From: Smithellaceae bacterium
Lineage (GTDB): Bacteria > Desulfobacterota > Syntrophia > Syntrophales > Smithellaceae
Length of the DNA: 64,000 bases
Assembly (NCBI GenBank): GCA_963667845.2
Contig: CAXXVL010000001.1
Location: 544,001-608,000, forward strand
Reading direction: 5' to 3'
The position numbers were made by a program, and so were the translations under genes. This document shows, one piece after another, positions 9,790 through 18,930 of the stretch (the stretch's first letter is position 1; each line of letters begins with the position of its first letter). The notes under the pieces are model-generated. The model made no database searches and was not told the DNA's origin. It saw only the letters and a program-made list of their open reading frames with translations.

Positions 9790-9992
9790 AGATTGCCACC
9801 CCCTAGGGGCGCGGCGGCGTCTGGTGAGTGCCCTCGTGTGACCTCGCGCCACCTCGTGTGACCTTCAGGTCATCAGGTGGTCAGGTCATTAGGGTAGAGG
9901 AGTCTCGCAATGACAGGGGTGTATTTGGAGAGCACGGTTCAGAGGTTCCGTTGGAGTTAATAAGGCAATTGGCATTCCGGCATCAAAATGAT
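9790..9992 (+). repeat. REP-like palindrome (agattgccac…ctcgcaatgac) plus ~80-bp tail, family R3
   Basis: Second copy at 13963-14079; inverted REP half at 3639-3675; related element at 19790-19876. Confidence 0.75.
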
Positions 9993-10271
9993 AGATAGTA
10001 GGGGACGTACTTCAAAATATCAATTCAGTTTCATTCAATCAAACAGGTTGTGTAACCCAGGGATCTTGCGGCATCCAGCATCGTGCAACCTGAAAGCTCA
10101 CGCCCTGGAAGGTGTTGATGGACTTTGCCTGGATGGCTCGAGAACCGTTTCTAATAAACAGAAGAATCTTAACGTCCAAGCATTCAGAGGTAGGATCTAC
10201 ATACCAATAAACGAGTGTTTAACTATTATTGCTTATTCCGTTTCTGTTTCGTATTCTAATGCGAATAGAGA

Positions 10272-10480
10272 AATACGATGATTCTGTGATCACAACGAAG
10301 GTAAAGTCTGTGCTTGCGGGAGATGACTTGCTCAGATCTTTTCAGATCAGTGTCGAAGCCTACCACTGCACCGTTCAGTTGAGCGGCTTCGTTAATTCTC
10401 AGCAGGCCGTCGCTAAAGCGGGTGAAATCGTCAAGAGTGTCAAGGGAGTAAAATCTCTTTAAAATAATCTAAGTGTGAAA
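10272..10480 (+). pseudogene. BON-domain (OsmY-like) gene fragment
   Basis: YDDSVITTKVKS..ISVEAY..VQLSGFVNS..VKGVKS with no signal peptide or RBS; the expected tail KNNLSVK lies in another frame. Confidence 0.7.
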
Positions 10481-10511
10481 AGGCGGCAAAGCCGGGGAAA
10501 TGGGAGGTTCT

Positions 10512-10733
10512 ATGAGACCGAAGACCATCATTGCTATTATACTGATCGCTCTGGGAATCGTGGCACTAGCTTACCAGGGCATTACTTACACGACTCGGGA
10601 GAAAGTTGTCGATATCGGCCCTATCCAGATGACGGCTGAGAAAACAAAAACGATTCCCCTGCCGCCCGTTTTGGGTGCTATTGCGCTTGTAGGCGGCATC
10701 GTGCTGCTGGTCGTGGGGGGCAGGAAAGACTAA
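10512..10733 (+). CDS. Small two-TM membrane protein (DUF3185-like)
   Basis: RBS ggagg; YQGITYTTREKVVDIGPIQ..EKTKTIPLPP. Confidence 0.8.
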   Translation: MRPKTIIAIILIALGIVALAYQGITYTTREKVVDIGPIQMTAEKTKTIPLPPVLGAIALVGGIVLLVVGGRKD

Positions 10734-10774
10734 ACAGATCAACGAACAAATCGAGATCATCAAAGGAGAATACC

Positions 10775-10954
10775 ATGAAACCAAGTACAAAAGATCAGGC
10801 AGAAGGCAAGCTTCATCAAGTGAAAGGTAAGATCAAAGAGGTTGCCGGGAAGCTTGCCGATGATCCAGAGTTGGAAGGCGAAGGTACCGGCGAAAAGATA
10901 GCAGGCAAAGTTCAGGAAAAGATCGGTCAGGTCAAGAAGGTTTTGGGGAATTAG
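10775..10954 (+). CDS. csbD: CsbD-family stress protein (59 aa)
   Basis: Hand-translated MKPSTKDQAEGKLHQVKGKIKEVAGKLADDPELEGEG..GKVQEKIGQVKK; RBS aaggag; below the ORF-track cutoff. Confidence 0.9.
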   Translation: MKPSTKDQAEGKLHQVKGKIKEVAGKLADDPELEGEGTGEKIAGKVQEKIGQVKKVLGN

Positions 10955-11022
10955 TAAAAAAAGGGGACGATTATTCCTCCGGTCTGGCAAGAGAACGGTT
11001 TGATGTTCTTGGAGGGTATTGT

Positions 11023-12165
11023 CTAAGCATTCTGACCGCGGTAGGCCGCAACTCTTTGCCTGATTTCGGGCAGATGCGGTTGAATATGCTGGTAAACCAT
11101 CTTGATGGCCATACAGTACTCACTCATATTTTTATAACCTGTCTCCGGAAGATACCTGAAACGCGTGCAGTCGCCATTGCAGAATGGAGCAATCCGGCAT
11201 TCTCTGCAGGGTTTTGCAACATCGGCTTTGAGGGAAGCGAACTTTACCCGTAACGGGCTCGTCATCATTTCCCGGATGCTGTTCTCCAGCAAGTTCCCGA
11301 TCTTCCATTGGTCGAATACGAAAAAATCGCAGGGGTAGCAATCTCCGTTATGTTCAACAACGAGGTATCCGTTACATTCTTTATTGTAGCAGCAGGATGC
11401 CTTAAGGCCGTCGACAAGATACAACAGGATGTCCTCAAAAAACCTGATGGATACATTGAAAAAATCCTTTTTAAACCATTCATCAAAAAGTTGAATATAA
11501 AATTCCCCGGTTTCCTTCCCGCTGACAGAAAACGATTTCTGCGCTCCGGATGTGCAATCGTGCTCAAAGCAGTTTATGAATTGAAGGAATTTGAAATCGT
11601 GGGAGCGGAAAAAATTATAAAGCTCCAGCGGTGATTTTATATTCTGGTCGGTCAGCAGGCACAGGATATTGAATTCAACATCATGCTCGTTCATCAACCC
11701 GATGCTGCGCATGACTTCCGCAAAGGTACCTTTTCGGGCCTGATCCTTTCGATAAAAATCATGGATCGGCTGAGGACCATCCAGGCTGATGCCGACAAGA
11801 AACCTCTCTTCACGAAGAAACTCGCACCACTGATCGTTGAGGAGAAGGCCGTTGGTCTGCATCGAGTTTTCAATGGCCTGTCCGGGGCGCGCGTATTTTT
11901 TTTGAAAGGCGACCGCATGACGGAAAAAATCCAGGCCCATCAGCGTCGGTTCTCCCCCCTGCCAGCAAAAGCTGTTGAGATCCGCATTTACCGAGAGCGC
12001 CTTCCTGATCATGATTTCAAGCGTGTGAAGGCTCATTTTCATCGCTGTCTCCGGATACATATCCCGGACACGACGATAAAAGCAGTACGCGCAGGAAAGA
12101 TTGCACAGGCCGGACGCTGGTTTAACGAGCAGTGATATTGCTTGCAAAGCGGTTTGTTTCTCCAT
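11023..12165 (-). CDS. Anaerobic sulfatase maturase (radical SAM/SPASM, anSME)
   Basis: VKPASGLCNLSCAYCFY, WQGGEPTLMG, QTNG, EHNGDCYPCDFF, C-terminal Cys cluster; downstream of the sulfatase. Confidence 0.93.
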   Translation of the reverse strand: MEKQTALQAISLLVKPASGLCNLSCAYCFYRRVRDMYPETAMKMSLHTLEIMIRKALSVNADLNSFCWQGGEPTLMGLDFFRHAVAFQKKYARPGQAIENSMQTNGLLLNDQWCEFLREERFLVGISLDGPQPIHDFYRKDQARKGTFAEVMRSIGLMNEHDVEFNILCLLTDQNIKSPLELYNFFRSHDFKFLQFINCFEHDCTSGAQKSFSVSGKETGEFYIQLFDEWFKKDFFNVSIRFFEDILLYLVDGLKASCCYNKECNGYLVVEHNGDCYPCDFFVFDQWKIGNLLENSIREMMTSPLRVKFASLKADVAKPCRECRIAPFCNGDCTRFRYLPETGYKNMSEYCMAIKMVYQHIQPHLPEIRQRVAAYRGQNA

Positions 12166-12197
12166 TTCCGTGATGAGGCCCGTATTTGCGGATGCCG

Positions 12198-13751
12198 TTA
12201 ATCGAGGAATCCCCGCGGGTTCTTTTTGGCCTGTTTCTCCCACTCCACGAGCAGTTTATTCATTTGTTCAGCGATATCGGGGTAGGTATTGATGGCGTTG
12301 TAGTTCTCACCGGGGTCAACTGACAGATCGTAAAGCAGGGGGGCCCTGCTTCCCAGTTGTTTTTTCCCCATGGCATCGGGCAGCGCTTCCGCATCGAGGG
12401 GAATCGGCCAGACGTAGCGGTTTAATTTTCTGAAGTACTTCCACTTTCCGGAGCGGACGCCTTCCAGCTGGTCATAGTGATAGAAATAGACGGCATCGTG
12501 CGGTGACCGGGGATTCCGTCCGGACAAAAGGCCATTAATGTCCTTTCCATCGATGATGCGGTCGGTGGGGTGTCCGATTCCTGTCAGTGAAAGCAGCGTG
12601 GGAAACAGGTCCAGGTTGATGGCCGGTTCGGAAGAAACAGTCCCCGGTGGGATATGGCCCGGCCATCTTGCAATAAAGGGCACCCTGAATCCGCCTTCGT
12701 AACTTTGTCCTTTTCGGCCCCTGAGGCTTCCCGGACTTCCTTCGTACCAGGGGCCGTTGTCACTGGTAAACATGATGATTGTGTTTCGTTCTATCTTTTG
12801 CTTTCGCAGTGTTCTGGTGATTTCTCCCAGGCTCCAGTCAATTTCCTCAACGGCGTCACCGAATTTTCCGGCTTTCGATTTTCCGGCAAAATTCTCCGAT
12901 GCATAGAGCGGCTGGTGTGGAAACGTGTGGGCAAAATACAGGAAGAACGGCTTGTCTTTTGACTTTTCAATGAAAGCCAAGGCTTCCTTTGTGTAGATAC
13001 CGGTCAGCCTGGCCTGGTTCGTCCCGATGTCTGCTTCCAGTTGTGTTTCGTTGCGAAAGAGGGGACAGGGCTGCATATCATTGCTGTGAGGGACGCCCAG
13101 GTACTGGTCAAAACCATGCCTTGTCGGATTGAATTCGGGCTGCCGGCTGTAGTCGCCCAGATGCCATTTGCCTACCATCGCGGTTCGGTAACCGGCGACC
13201 TTCAAGGCTTCGGCGATTGTGATTTCTTTGCCGGAGAGCCCCTCGGCAACATAATTCTCATGCAGATCAACGGCTCCCAGAGGCGTAAAGATGTATGCGA
13301 TTTTTCTTTCGATCCTGCGCAAGAGCGGCGAATCGGAAGGATACGGATTTCCGATGATGCCTGTCCGGAACGGATGGCGTCCGGTCAACAGGCCTGCTCG
13401 CGATGGCGCGCAGACGGCATTACAGGCGTAATAGTCGGTAAACATCATTCCTTCACGGGCGAGCGCGTCGATGTTGGGCGTGCGGATTGCCTTGTTACCG
13501 TAGCAGCCGAGGTCGCCATAGCCGAGATCGTCACAGTAGATGATGATAATGTTGGGTTTCGGAGCTGACGGATTTGTAACAGCCAGGGGTTTGAGTTTGG
13601 AATCTTCGGGGTATGGCCCATAGAGTTCATCGATTGATTTGGTGCCCAGCAGCTTGTAACCGGCCGTGCCGACCGCTGCAATTCCTCCGACGACGACGCC
13701 CGCTCGAAGCGAATATTTAATCACATCACGCCTGGATATTTTTTCGGCCAT
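12198..13751 (-). CDS. Cys-type (formylglycine) sulfatase with Tat-like signal
   Basis: MAEKISRRDVIK signal, DDLGYGD, CAPSRAGLLTGR, GKWHLG, TSDNGP. Confidence 0.93.
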   Translation of the reverse strand: MAEKISRRDVIKYSLRAGVVVGGIAAVGTAGYKLLGTKSIDELYGPYPEDSKLKPLAVTNPSAPKPNIIIIYCDDLGYGDLGCYGNKAIRTPNIDALAREGMMFTDYYACNAVCAPSRAGLLTGRHPFRTGIIGNPYPSDSPLLRRIERKIAYIFTPLGAVDLHENYVAEGLSGKEITIAEALKVAGYRTAMVGKWHLGDYSRQPEFNPTRHGFDQYLGVPHSNDMQPCPLFRNETQLEADIGTNQARLTGIYTKEALAFIEKSKDKPFFLYFAHTFPHQPLYASENFAGKSKAGKFGDAVEEIDWSLGEITRTLRKQKIERNTIIMFTSDNGPWYEGSPGSLRGRKGQSYEGGFRVPFIARWPGHIPPGTVSSEPAINLDLFPTLLSLTGIGHPTDRIIDGKDINGLLSGRNPRSPHDAVYFYHYDQLEGVRSGKWKYFRKLNRYVWPIPLDAEALPDAMGKKQLGSRAPLLYDLSVDPGENYNAINTYPDIAEQMNKLLVEWEKQAKKNPRGFLD

Positions 13752-13962
13752 GCGAATTTCCTCCGTGCAAAGAAGTATAAAGAGAATGGCTGTGCCTGTC
13801 AATTAAATCCGGATTGCATAAAGGAAACACAACGACATCCTGTATTGTTCCCGTCAAGAGAAAGACGTATTTCTTACAGAGCAGCAATATCGGCGATGAG
13901 GTACAGGACCGCGTCAGGCAGCGTCGGCAATGAAGGGAAACATATAGTGGCGGTTAAAAGAT

Positions 13963-14079
13963 AGATTGCCACGGCTTCTGAGAGAAGCCTCGCAATGACA
14001 CGGACACATTTGTCCGAGCATGGTTCGGGCTTTCCGTTTGAGTTAATAAGGCGATTGGCATTCGCGGATCAAAATGATA
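13963..14079 (+). repeat. R3 copy, possibly carrying a promoter for the GRE operon
   Basis: Aligns with 9790-9799 and 9904-9992; TTGGCA-17nt-TATGTT at its 3' end. Confidence 0.7.
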
Positions 14080-14184
14080 TGTTGATTTTGCGGCTATACC
14101 TAAGCCACGAAAAAGCCACCGTCTGTTGGCCAGGCTATTGCTGGAGGATTGAAGAGATACTGTTCAGGGGAAAAGGAGAATACG

Positions 14185-16281
14185 ATGACTAATCATGAAG
14201 CTGTCTTGGTAAATTCACTTAAAGATAAATATATCAATTCGGACAATAAAGCCTGCTTTTACGAGCGGGAGAAGGTGCTGAATCGAATCGGGAGAATGAA
14301 CTATTTGAAGAAACCGGGCTACGCCGGGATTCTCGCCGAGATGCTGAGCGAGGCATCCACCCCCATTGAGGACGAGGATGTCTTTGCCGGCCGGATGGTC
14401 GAGGCCGTGCCGGAGCCGCGCTGGAGGGTCCCCAACATGGACGTCATCACCAATCCCGGACACCTTCATTTCCACTGGGGCGAAATCCTGAAGCTTGGCG
14501 TGGGCGGCATTCTGGAGAAAATCGAGCGCCGGGCGAAAGAATTGGGCGACCACAAGTCGCGGGCCTTTGCCAGAAACGCCCGGATTCAGGTGGAGGCGGT
14601 GGATGGTTTCGTCAGGCGCTATGCGGAAGCTGCTGCCGGGAAGGCCGCTCAGTTTGATGCCCAGACGGGACAGCGCTTTATGCGGATGGCCCGGGCCCTG
14701 GAGGTCGTGCCGATGAAGCCTGCATACGATCTCTTCTCGGCTCTGCAGGGGATCTGGATCCTGCACATGATTGCCAGCTGCTATGCAGGGGCGCGCGACT
14801 ATGGCTTTGGCCGGATCGACCAGTACCTGCTGCCTTATTACGAAAAAGATCTCGTCTGCGGTGTCTACTCGCAAGAGGAGGCAGACGCCTTGCTGGCCTT
14901 CTTTCTCATGAAGCCCAACGAAATCTGCGGGCTCGGAAGTTACAATCATAAAGTGAAGCCCATTCCCAGCGTTGCGAGCAAGCAGTACCTGACCCTGGGC
15001 GGATGCGACGCAAGCGGCGTCTCCCAGGCCAACGCCTTGTCTTTTGCCTTTCTCCGGGCGGAGGAAATCGCCAACATGCCGGAACCGGTTGTAGTGGCGC
15101 GCTTTGACCCGCAGGCGGACCCCGCTTTTGCCGCCCAGGTTTACCGCACCATGTCCGTGGTGACCGACAAGATGCACGCCTATAACGATCGGCTCATCTT
15201 CAACGCACTGAAGCGCAGGGGTCTGCCGGACGACATTGCGGCGGACTTCACCTTTTCCGGCTGCTGCAACGTTGAAGTTAATCACCGCACGATCCGCAAT
15301 GAATGGTATTTCCCCACGCCGGAATGGCTGTGCGAGGCTCTCGGGATCATCGGGAAGGAGTCACCTGCGTATCAATCCATGGATGAGATCCTGCAGGCTT
15401 TGAAAAATACAGCGCGCCGGCATATTGAAGAGCACCTGGACATGGAAGTGGCCAATGCATCGTCGTGGCGTGTTATGGACCAGCGCGGCCATACGTTTGA
15501 CGCCATGTTCATGGGCGAGTGCGCCGACCGCTGCCGGTATCCCCTGGACGGCGGCGTGGATTTCTATCTGGTTGACGCCTATTTCACCGGAGCCGCCACG
15601 GTGATCGATTCGCTTTCGGCCATCGACCGGCTGGTCTTCCGGGAGAAACGCTTCAGTCTTCCCGAATTTGTGCAGATTTTAAAGGACAACTACCAGGGGC
15701 GGCCGCTCTTGCCTGCGGAACTGAAAAACAAGTTCCCCAAATTCGGCAATGATGACGAGGAGGGTGACCGTTATGCTGCTCCCGCCATGAATGCGCTTCT
15801 GGATGTGCTCGACGAGATGAACTGGCCGCAAGGCTACATCGCTGTCGGCGGTTTCTATTCCCTTCACCACCATAACGATTTCGGCTGGGAACTGGGCGCC
15901 ACGCCGGACGGAAGAATGGCGGGCGAACCTTTTAGCGAGAACCAGTCCCCTGTGTATGGAGCGGATAAGAAGGGGGTCACGGCGCTGCTTTGTTCTCTGG
16001 CCAAGCTGCCTTTCCACCGCACGGCCTGCGGCGGGGTGAACCTTACCTTCTCATCGCCGGTTACCCCGGAATTGCTCGCTTCGATCATCGAGTCTTATTT
16101 CAAAATGGGTGGTCTCCACATCGCCGTCACGGTGGTCGATCGGGCGACGCTTCAGGCCGCGCTTACGAACCCTGAGCAGTATCGAACGCTCACGGTGCGG
16201 CTATTCGGCTTCAGTGAGTATTTTGTTCACCTGTCCGAGTGGCAGCAGAAGGAATTCCTGGCGCGAACCGCCCTGAATTAG
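14185..16281 (+). CDS. Glycyl-radical enzyme (PFL superfamily), substrate unknown
   Basis: 698 aa from RBS aaggag; FGRIDQYLLPYY, Cys loop FSGCCNVE, PKFGNDD, GATPDGR, Gly loop LTVRLFGFSEYF. Confidence 0.9.
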   Translation: MTNHEAVLVNSLKDKYINSDNKACFYEREKVLNRIGRMNYLKKPGYAGILAEMLSEASTPIEDEDVFAGRMVEAVPEPRWRVPNMDVITNPGHLHFHWGEILKLGVGGILEKIERRAKELGDHKSRAFARNARIQVEAVDGFVRRYAEAAAGKAAQFDAQTGQRFMRMARALEVVPMKPAYDLFSALQGIWILHMIASCYAGARDYGFGRIDQYLLPYYEKDLVCGVYSQEEADALLAFFLMKPNEICGLGSYNHKVKPIPSVASKQYLTLGGCDASGVSQANALSFAFLRAEEIANMPEPVVVARFDPQADPAFAAQVYRTMSVVTDKMHAYNDRLIFNALKRRGLPDDIAADFTFSGCCNVEVNHRTIRNEWYFPTPEWLCEALGIIGKESPAYQSMDEILQALKNTARRHIEEHLDMEVANASSWRVMDQRGHTFDAMFMGECADRCRYPLDGGVDFYLVDAYFTGAATVIDSLSAIDRLVFREKRFSLPEFVQILKDNYQGRPLLPAELKNKFPKFGNDDEEGDRYAAPAMNALLDVLDEMNWPQGYIAVGGFYSLHHHNDFGWELGATPDGRMAGEPFSENQSPVYGADKKGVTALLCSLAKLPFHRTACGGVNLTFSSPVTPELLASIIESYFKMGGLHIAVTVVDRATLQAALTNPEQYRTLTVRLFGFSEYFVHLSEWQQKEFLARTALN

Positions 16282-16298
16282 AAGGGGCTTTGCGGGCG

Positions 16299-17207
16299 AT
16301 GACGATCACGGGAATTGTATATGACATCCAGCGATATTCCATCCATGATGGTCCGGGAATCCGGACCAACGTGTTTCTGAAAGGTTGCCCGCTGCGCTGC
16401 CAGTGGTGCCACAATCCCGAGGGGTTCGTTAAAGTCAGGGAAATTTTCTTCCTGAATGACAAATGCACGCTCTGCGGCTCTTGTGTCGCCGCCTGTCCCC
16501 ACGGCTGCCACACCGTAACGGCGGATGGGCACGTATATGACCGGGAAGCCTGCACCCGCTGCGGAGCATGCGTGCAGGCCTGCTGTTTCTGCGCCCTGGA
16601 AACGGTCGGGAGCGAAATGACCGCAGAGCAGGTGGTTGCCGAGGCGGAAAGAGACCGTGTGTTTTTCGAGACCAGCGGCGGCGGGATGACCTTGTCCGGC
16701 GGTGAGCCTTTATTCCAGCCGGCCTTCGCGGAGGCCATTCTGAAGCTGGCGAGGCAGCGGGGCCTTGCCACCTGTGTGGAAACCAGCGGATTTTGCAGTG
16801 AAGAGGCCATGCGCTCCGTCATGGAACATGTGGATCTTTTCCTGTACGATGTGAAAGAGATCGATCCTGAGCGCCATTTGGAGTTCACGGGTGTCCCTGT
16901 CGAGCCCATTTTGCGCAATCTGCGGATGCTTGCGGAGGCGGGACGGCAGATAATCCTCCGGTGCCCCTTGATCCCCGGGAAAAACGACAGCACAGAACAT
17001 GCGCTCGCCATCGCTTCATTGGCTGATTCACTCGAGGGAATTCTGAGTATAGAGCTGGAGCCCTACCATCCTCTTGGTGTGTCCAAAAGTCTGCGTCTTG
17101 GTCGAAGGGCCGCCTATGACCGGGATTCCTTCATGAAGAAGGAAGAGGCCGAATCCCTGGCGGAGATCATTCGCTGCAATACTACTGTACCGGTCATCGT
17201 GAAATAA
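16299..17207 (+). CDS. Glycyl-radical activating enzyme with 2x[4Fe-4S] ferredoxin insert
   Basis: IHDGPGIRTNVFLKGCPLRCQWCHNPE, CTLCGSCVAACP, CTRCGACVQAC, GGGMTLSGGEP. Confidence 0.95.
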   Translation: MTITGIVYDIQRYSIHDGPGIRTNVFLKGCPLRCQWCHNPEGFVKVREIFFLNDKCTLCGSCVAACPHGCHTVTADGHVYDREACTRCGACVQACCFCALETVGSEMTAEQVVAEAERDRVFFETSGGGMTLSGGEPLFQPAFAEAILKLARQRGLATCVETSGFCSEEAMRSVMEHVDLFLYDVKEIDPERHLEFTGVPVEPILRNLRMLAEAGRQIILRCPLIPGKNDSTEHALAIASLADSLEGILSIELEPYHPLGVSKSLRLGRRAAYDRDSFMKKEEAESLAEIIRCNTTVPVIVK

Positions 17208-17250
17208 ACATTTTGATAAGAATTAAGAAAATGAATGGACCGGTTCCATT

Positions 17251-17283
17251 TAATCCCGTCCACGTGGGACGAGCGTTAATTCT
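17251..17283 (+). repeat. Repeat family R4 (aatcccg-N-cgggacgagcgttaat), partial copy
   Basis: Matches 31981, 33207, 38610-38647 (reverse complement) and 54633. Confidence 0.75.
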
Positions 17284-17304
17284 CTGCCGGCGCGCATAAA
17301 GGAA

Positions 17305-17514
17305 TTATCCCTTCCGGATGAGTTCCGAACAACCAGGTATCGGCAGGAGATATTGATCGTGCAGTTTGCAGATGCCGCCGTCGCCGCGGGAACTGCCCCG
17401 GACGGAAGTGAGGCTGTTTATTTCCTGGAAATGCTCCTCCGGCATGGCGGGGTCGTTATTGAAGTGATCGCAATTTTTGCACGAGCGCGAATCTGATGTT
17501 TTTCTCCTGAGCAT
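17305..17514 (-). CDS. Small four-Cys HiPIP-like protein, copy 1 (may be a 5'-truncated fragment)
   Basis: CKNCDHF...GICKLH...CSE; ~90% DNA identity to 20677-20895; start lies inside a hairpin. Confidence 0.5.
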   Translation of the reverse strand: MLRRKTSDSRSCKNCDHFNNDPAMPEEHFQEINSLTSVRGSSRGDGGICKLHDQYLLPIPGCSELIRKG

Positions 17515-17547
17515 AGCAGCGGAAGCGGTAAGCTGCTATGCCCAGGA
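17505..17547 (-). terminator. Hairpin downstream of nrfA
   Basis: gcatagcagc-ggaagcggtaa-gctgctatgc, extendable stem; no clear T tract. Confidence 0.5.
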
Positions 17548-17573
17548 TGCCCGATATTCGCGTCGCATTAAAA

Positions 17574-18860
17574 TTAATTTTGTGTTCCCGCTGCTTTGTT
17601 CGCCATAGCAATGGCCTGCTGCGCCAGATCAGTGGATTGTTTCAGCGTGTTTTGCGCTGCATCGGTATTATGAAAACCCATGGAGTTTTCCGCGGCAAAA
17701 AAATCCCATAACCACTGAGCGTTGCGGAGGAGTTCACGCGCCTTGTCCAGTTCGGCCGTGTTGACTTTGGGGGCGGCGCCGGCTTTGCCGAGCACCTCAT
17801 GCGCGCGGGCGATGGTCTGCCCCACTGTGCGCAGCAAATGAAAAACAGTGTTCTGCATTGTTCCGACCCGCTCCAAAATCCATTGTTCATCCTGTTGATG
17901 ACAGGTGCGGCAGGAGGCTTGGATGTGTTTCAGCGGGCTTGTCACCCAGTGTGATGAATACTTCACTCCGCCTTCCTGCATGGAAGGCATGTGGCAACTC
18001 GCACAGGCCAGACCGAACTTGCTGTGGAAACCGCTCGTCGCCAACTCGAAATCGGGATGCTGGGCTTTGAGCATCTTCGCCTGCGAATCGGGATGCAGCC
18101 AGTCCATTGCAAATCCGGAGGGAACGTCCTTGTAATAGGTGTATATTTCCTGGGGCCTCAATCCTTTATCCCAGGGGAAAACCACGCGCGAGGTTTTCGG
18201 TTCAAGGTAATATTCGGAATGGCATTGCCCGCAGACATAGCTCAGCATATCCTGGCGCGGCGCTTTGGCTACGTCGATGCCGCGTCTCCCCATGGCTTCA
18301 ATAAAGGCAGGATTACTGACGCGCAGTTGCATGCCTTGCGGATCATGACAATTGGCGCAGGAAACGGGATGTTTGATCCTGGGCAGCAATTCGGCAAGCG
18401 GCGTTTTTGCGTAATTCCAGCCCATGTCTTTATAAATATCGCGCAGACTGGGCGTCTTGCAGGTCATGCAGGAGCCGGGCGTTTTTGGCGTTACTCTTTT
18501 CGATTCTTTTAAGTCTTCCATCGAATAAGGATGTCCACGGTCTTCCGAATAATCTTTACTGAAGGCATTTCCTTTGAAGTTCATCAGTATCTCCGGCTGC
18601 CTGATTGATTTCTGGACTTTGATGGAGCCGCCGAATCCCGTGGGCGAAGCCGTCATTTCTTTATTTTTCAAATAGCTGTTGTATTCCAGCGGATAGATTT
18701 TGCCCCACACGGCAGGATCATATTCCGTGTCGGAAATAACCGCCGGTTTCTCCGCGCCGGCCGGCGCTCCCGGAAATAGCTGGATCAGGATGATGAACAG
18801 AATAATCAAAACAATGCCCGGCAAAACTTTAAAGAAGACATTCTTACTTTTCACGTTCAT
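17574..18860 (-). CDS. nrfA: Pentaheme cytochrome c nitrite reductase, ammonia-forming
   Basis: CMTCK plus CANCH, CGQCH, CASCH, CRTCH; EDRGH, CHSEYY, KAQHPDFE, AENSMGFH; N-terminal hydrophobic segment. Confidence 0.95.
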   Translation of the reverse strand: MNVKSKNVFFKVLPGIVLIILFIILIQLFPGAPAGAEKPAVISDTEYDPAVWGKIYPLEYNSYLKNKEMTASPTGFGGSIKVQKSIRQPEILMNFKGNAFSKDYSEDRGHPYSMEDLKESKRVTPKTPGSCMTCKTPSLRDIYKDMGWNYAKTPLAELLPRIKHPVSCANCHDPQGMQLRVSNPAFIEAMGRRGIDVAKAPRQDMLSYVCGQCHSEYYLEPKTSRVVFPWDKGLRPQEIYTYYKDVPSGFAMDWLHPDSQAKMLKAQHPDFELATSGFHSKFGLACASCHMPSMQEGGVKYSSHWVTSPLKHIQASCRTCHQQDEQWILERVGTMQNTVFHLLRTVGQTIARAHEVLGKAGAAPKVNTAELDKARELLRNAQWLWDFFAAENSMGFHNTDAAQNTLKQSTDLAQQAIAMANKAAGTQN

Positions 18861-18867
18861 TCCCCCC

Positions 18868-18930
18868 TTATTTGTGTTGCCTCCTGACGTTAACCGGATC
18901 CCTGTGACACTTCAGTCAATTTCGATCGCG
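18868..18930 (-). pseudogene. Probable 3' remnant of an nrfH-like cytochrome gene
   Basis: Reads RDRN*LKCHRDPVNVRRQHK*, a CxxCH with the first Cys as TGA, ending 7 nt before the nrfA start; stops further upstream. Confidence 0.45.

Noticed and set aside
14215..15285. 356-aa minus-strand ORF; likewise 38612-39619, 45711-46697, 48620-49849, 58243-59100 and 59345-60553
   Set aside because: Antisense to well-supported GC-rich genes; expected from codon bias
14185..16281. Naming the GRE pflB or cutC
   Set aside because: Length, Cys/Gly-loop motifs and activase type do not fit either
18916..18918. TGA as selenocysteine in a UxxCH motif
   Set aside because: No open frame or start upstream; a nonsense mutation in a remnant is simpler
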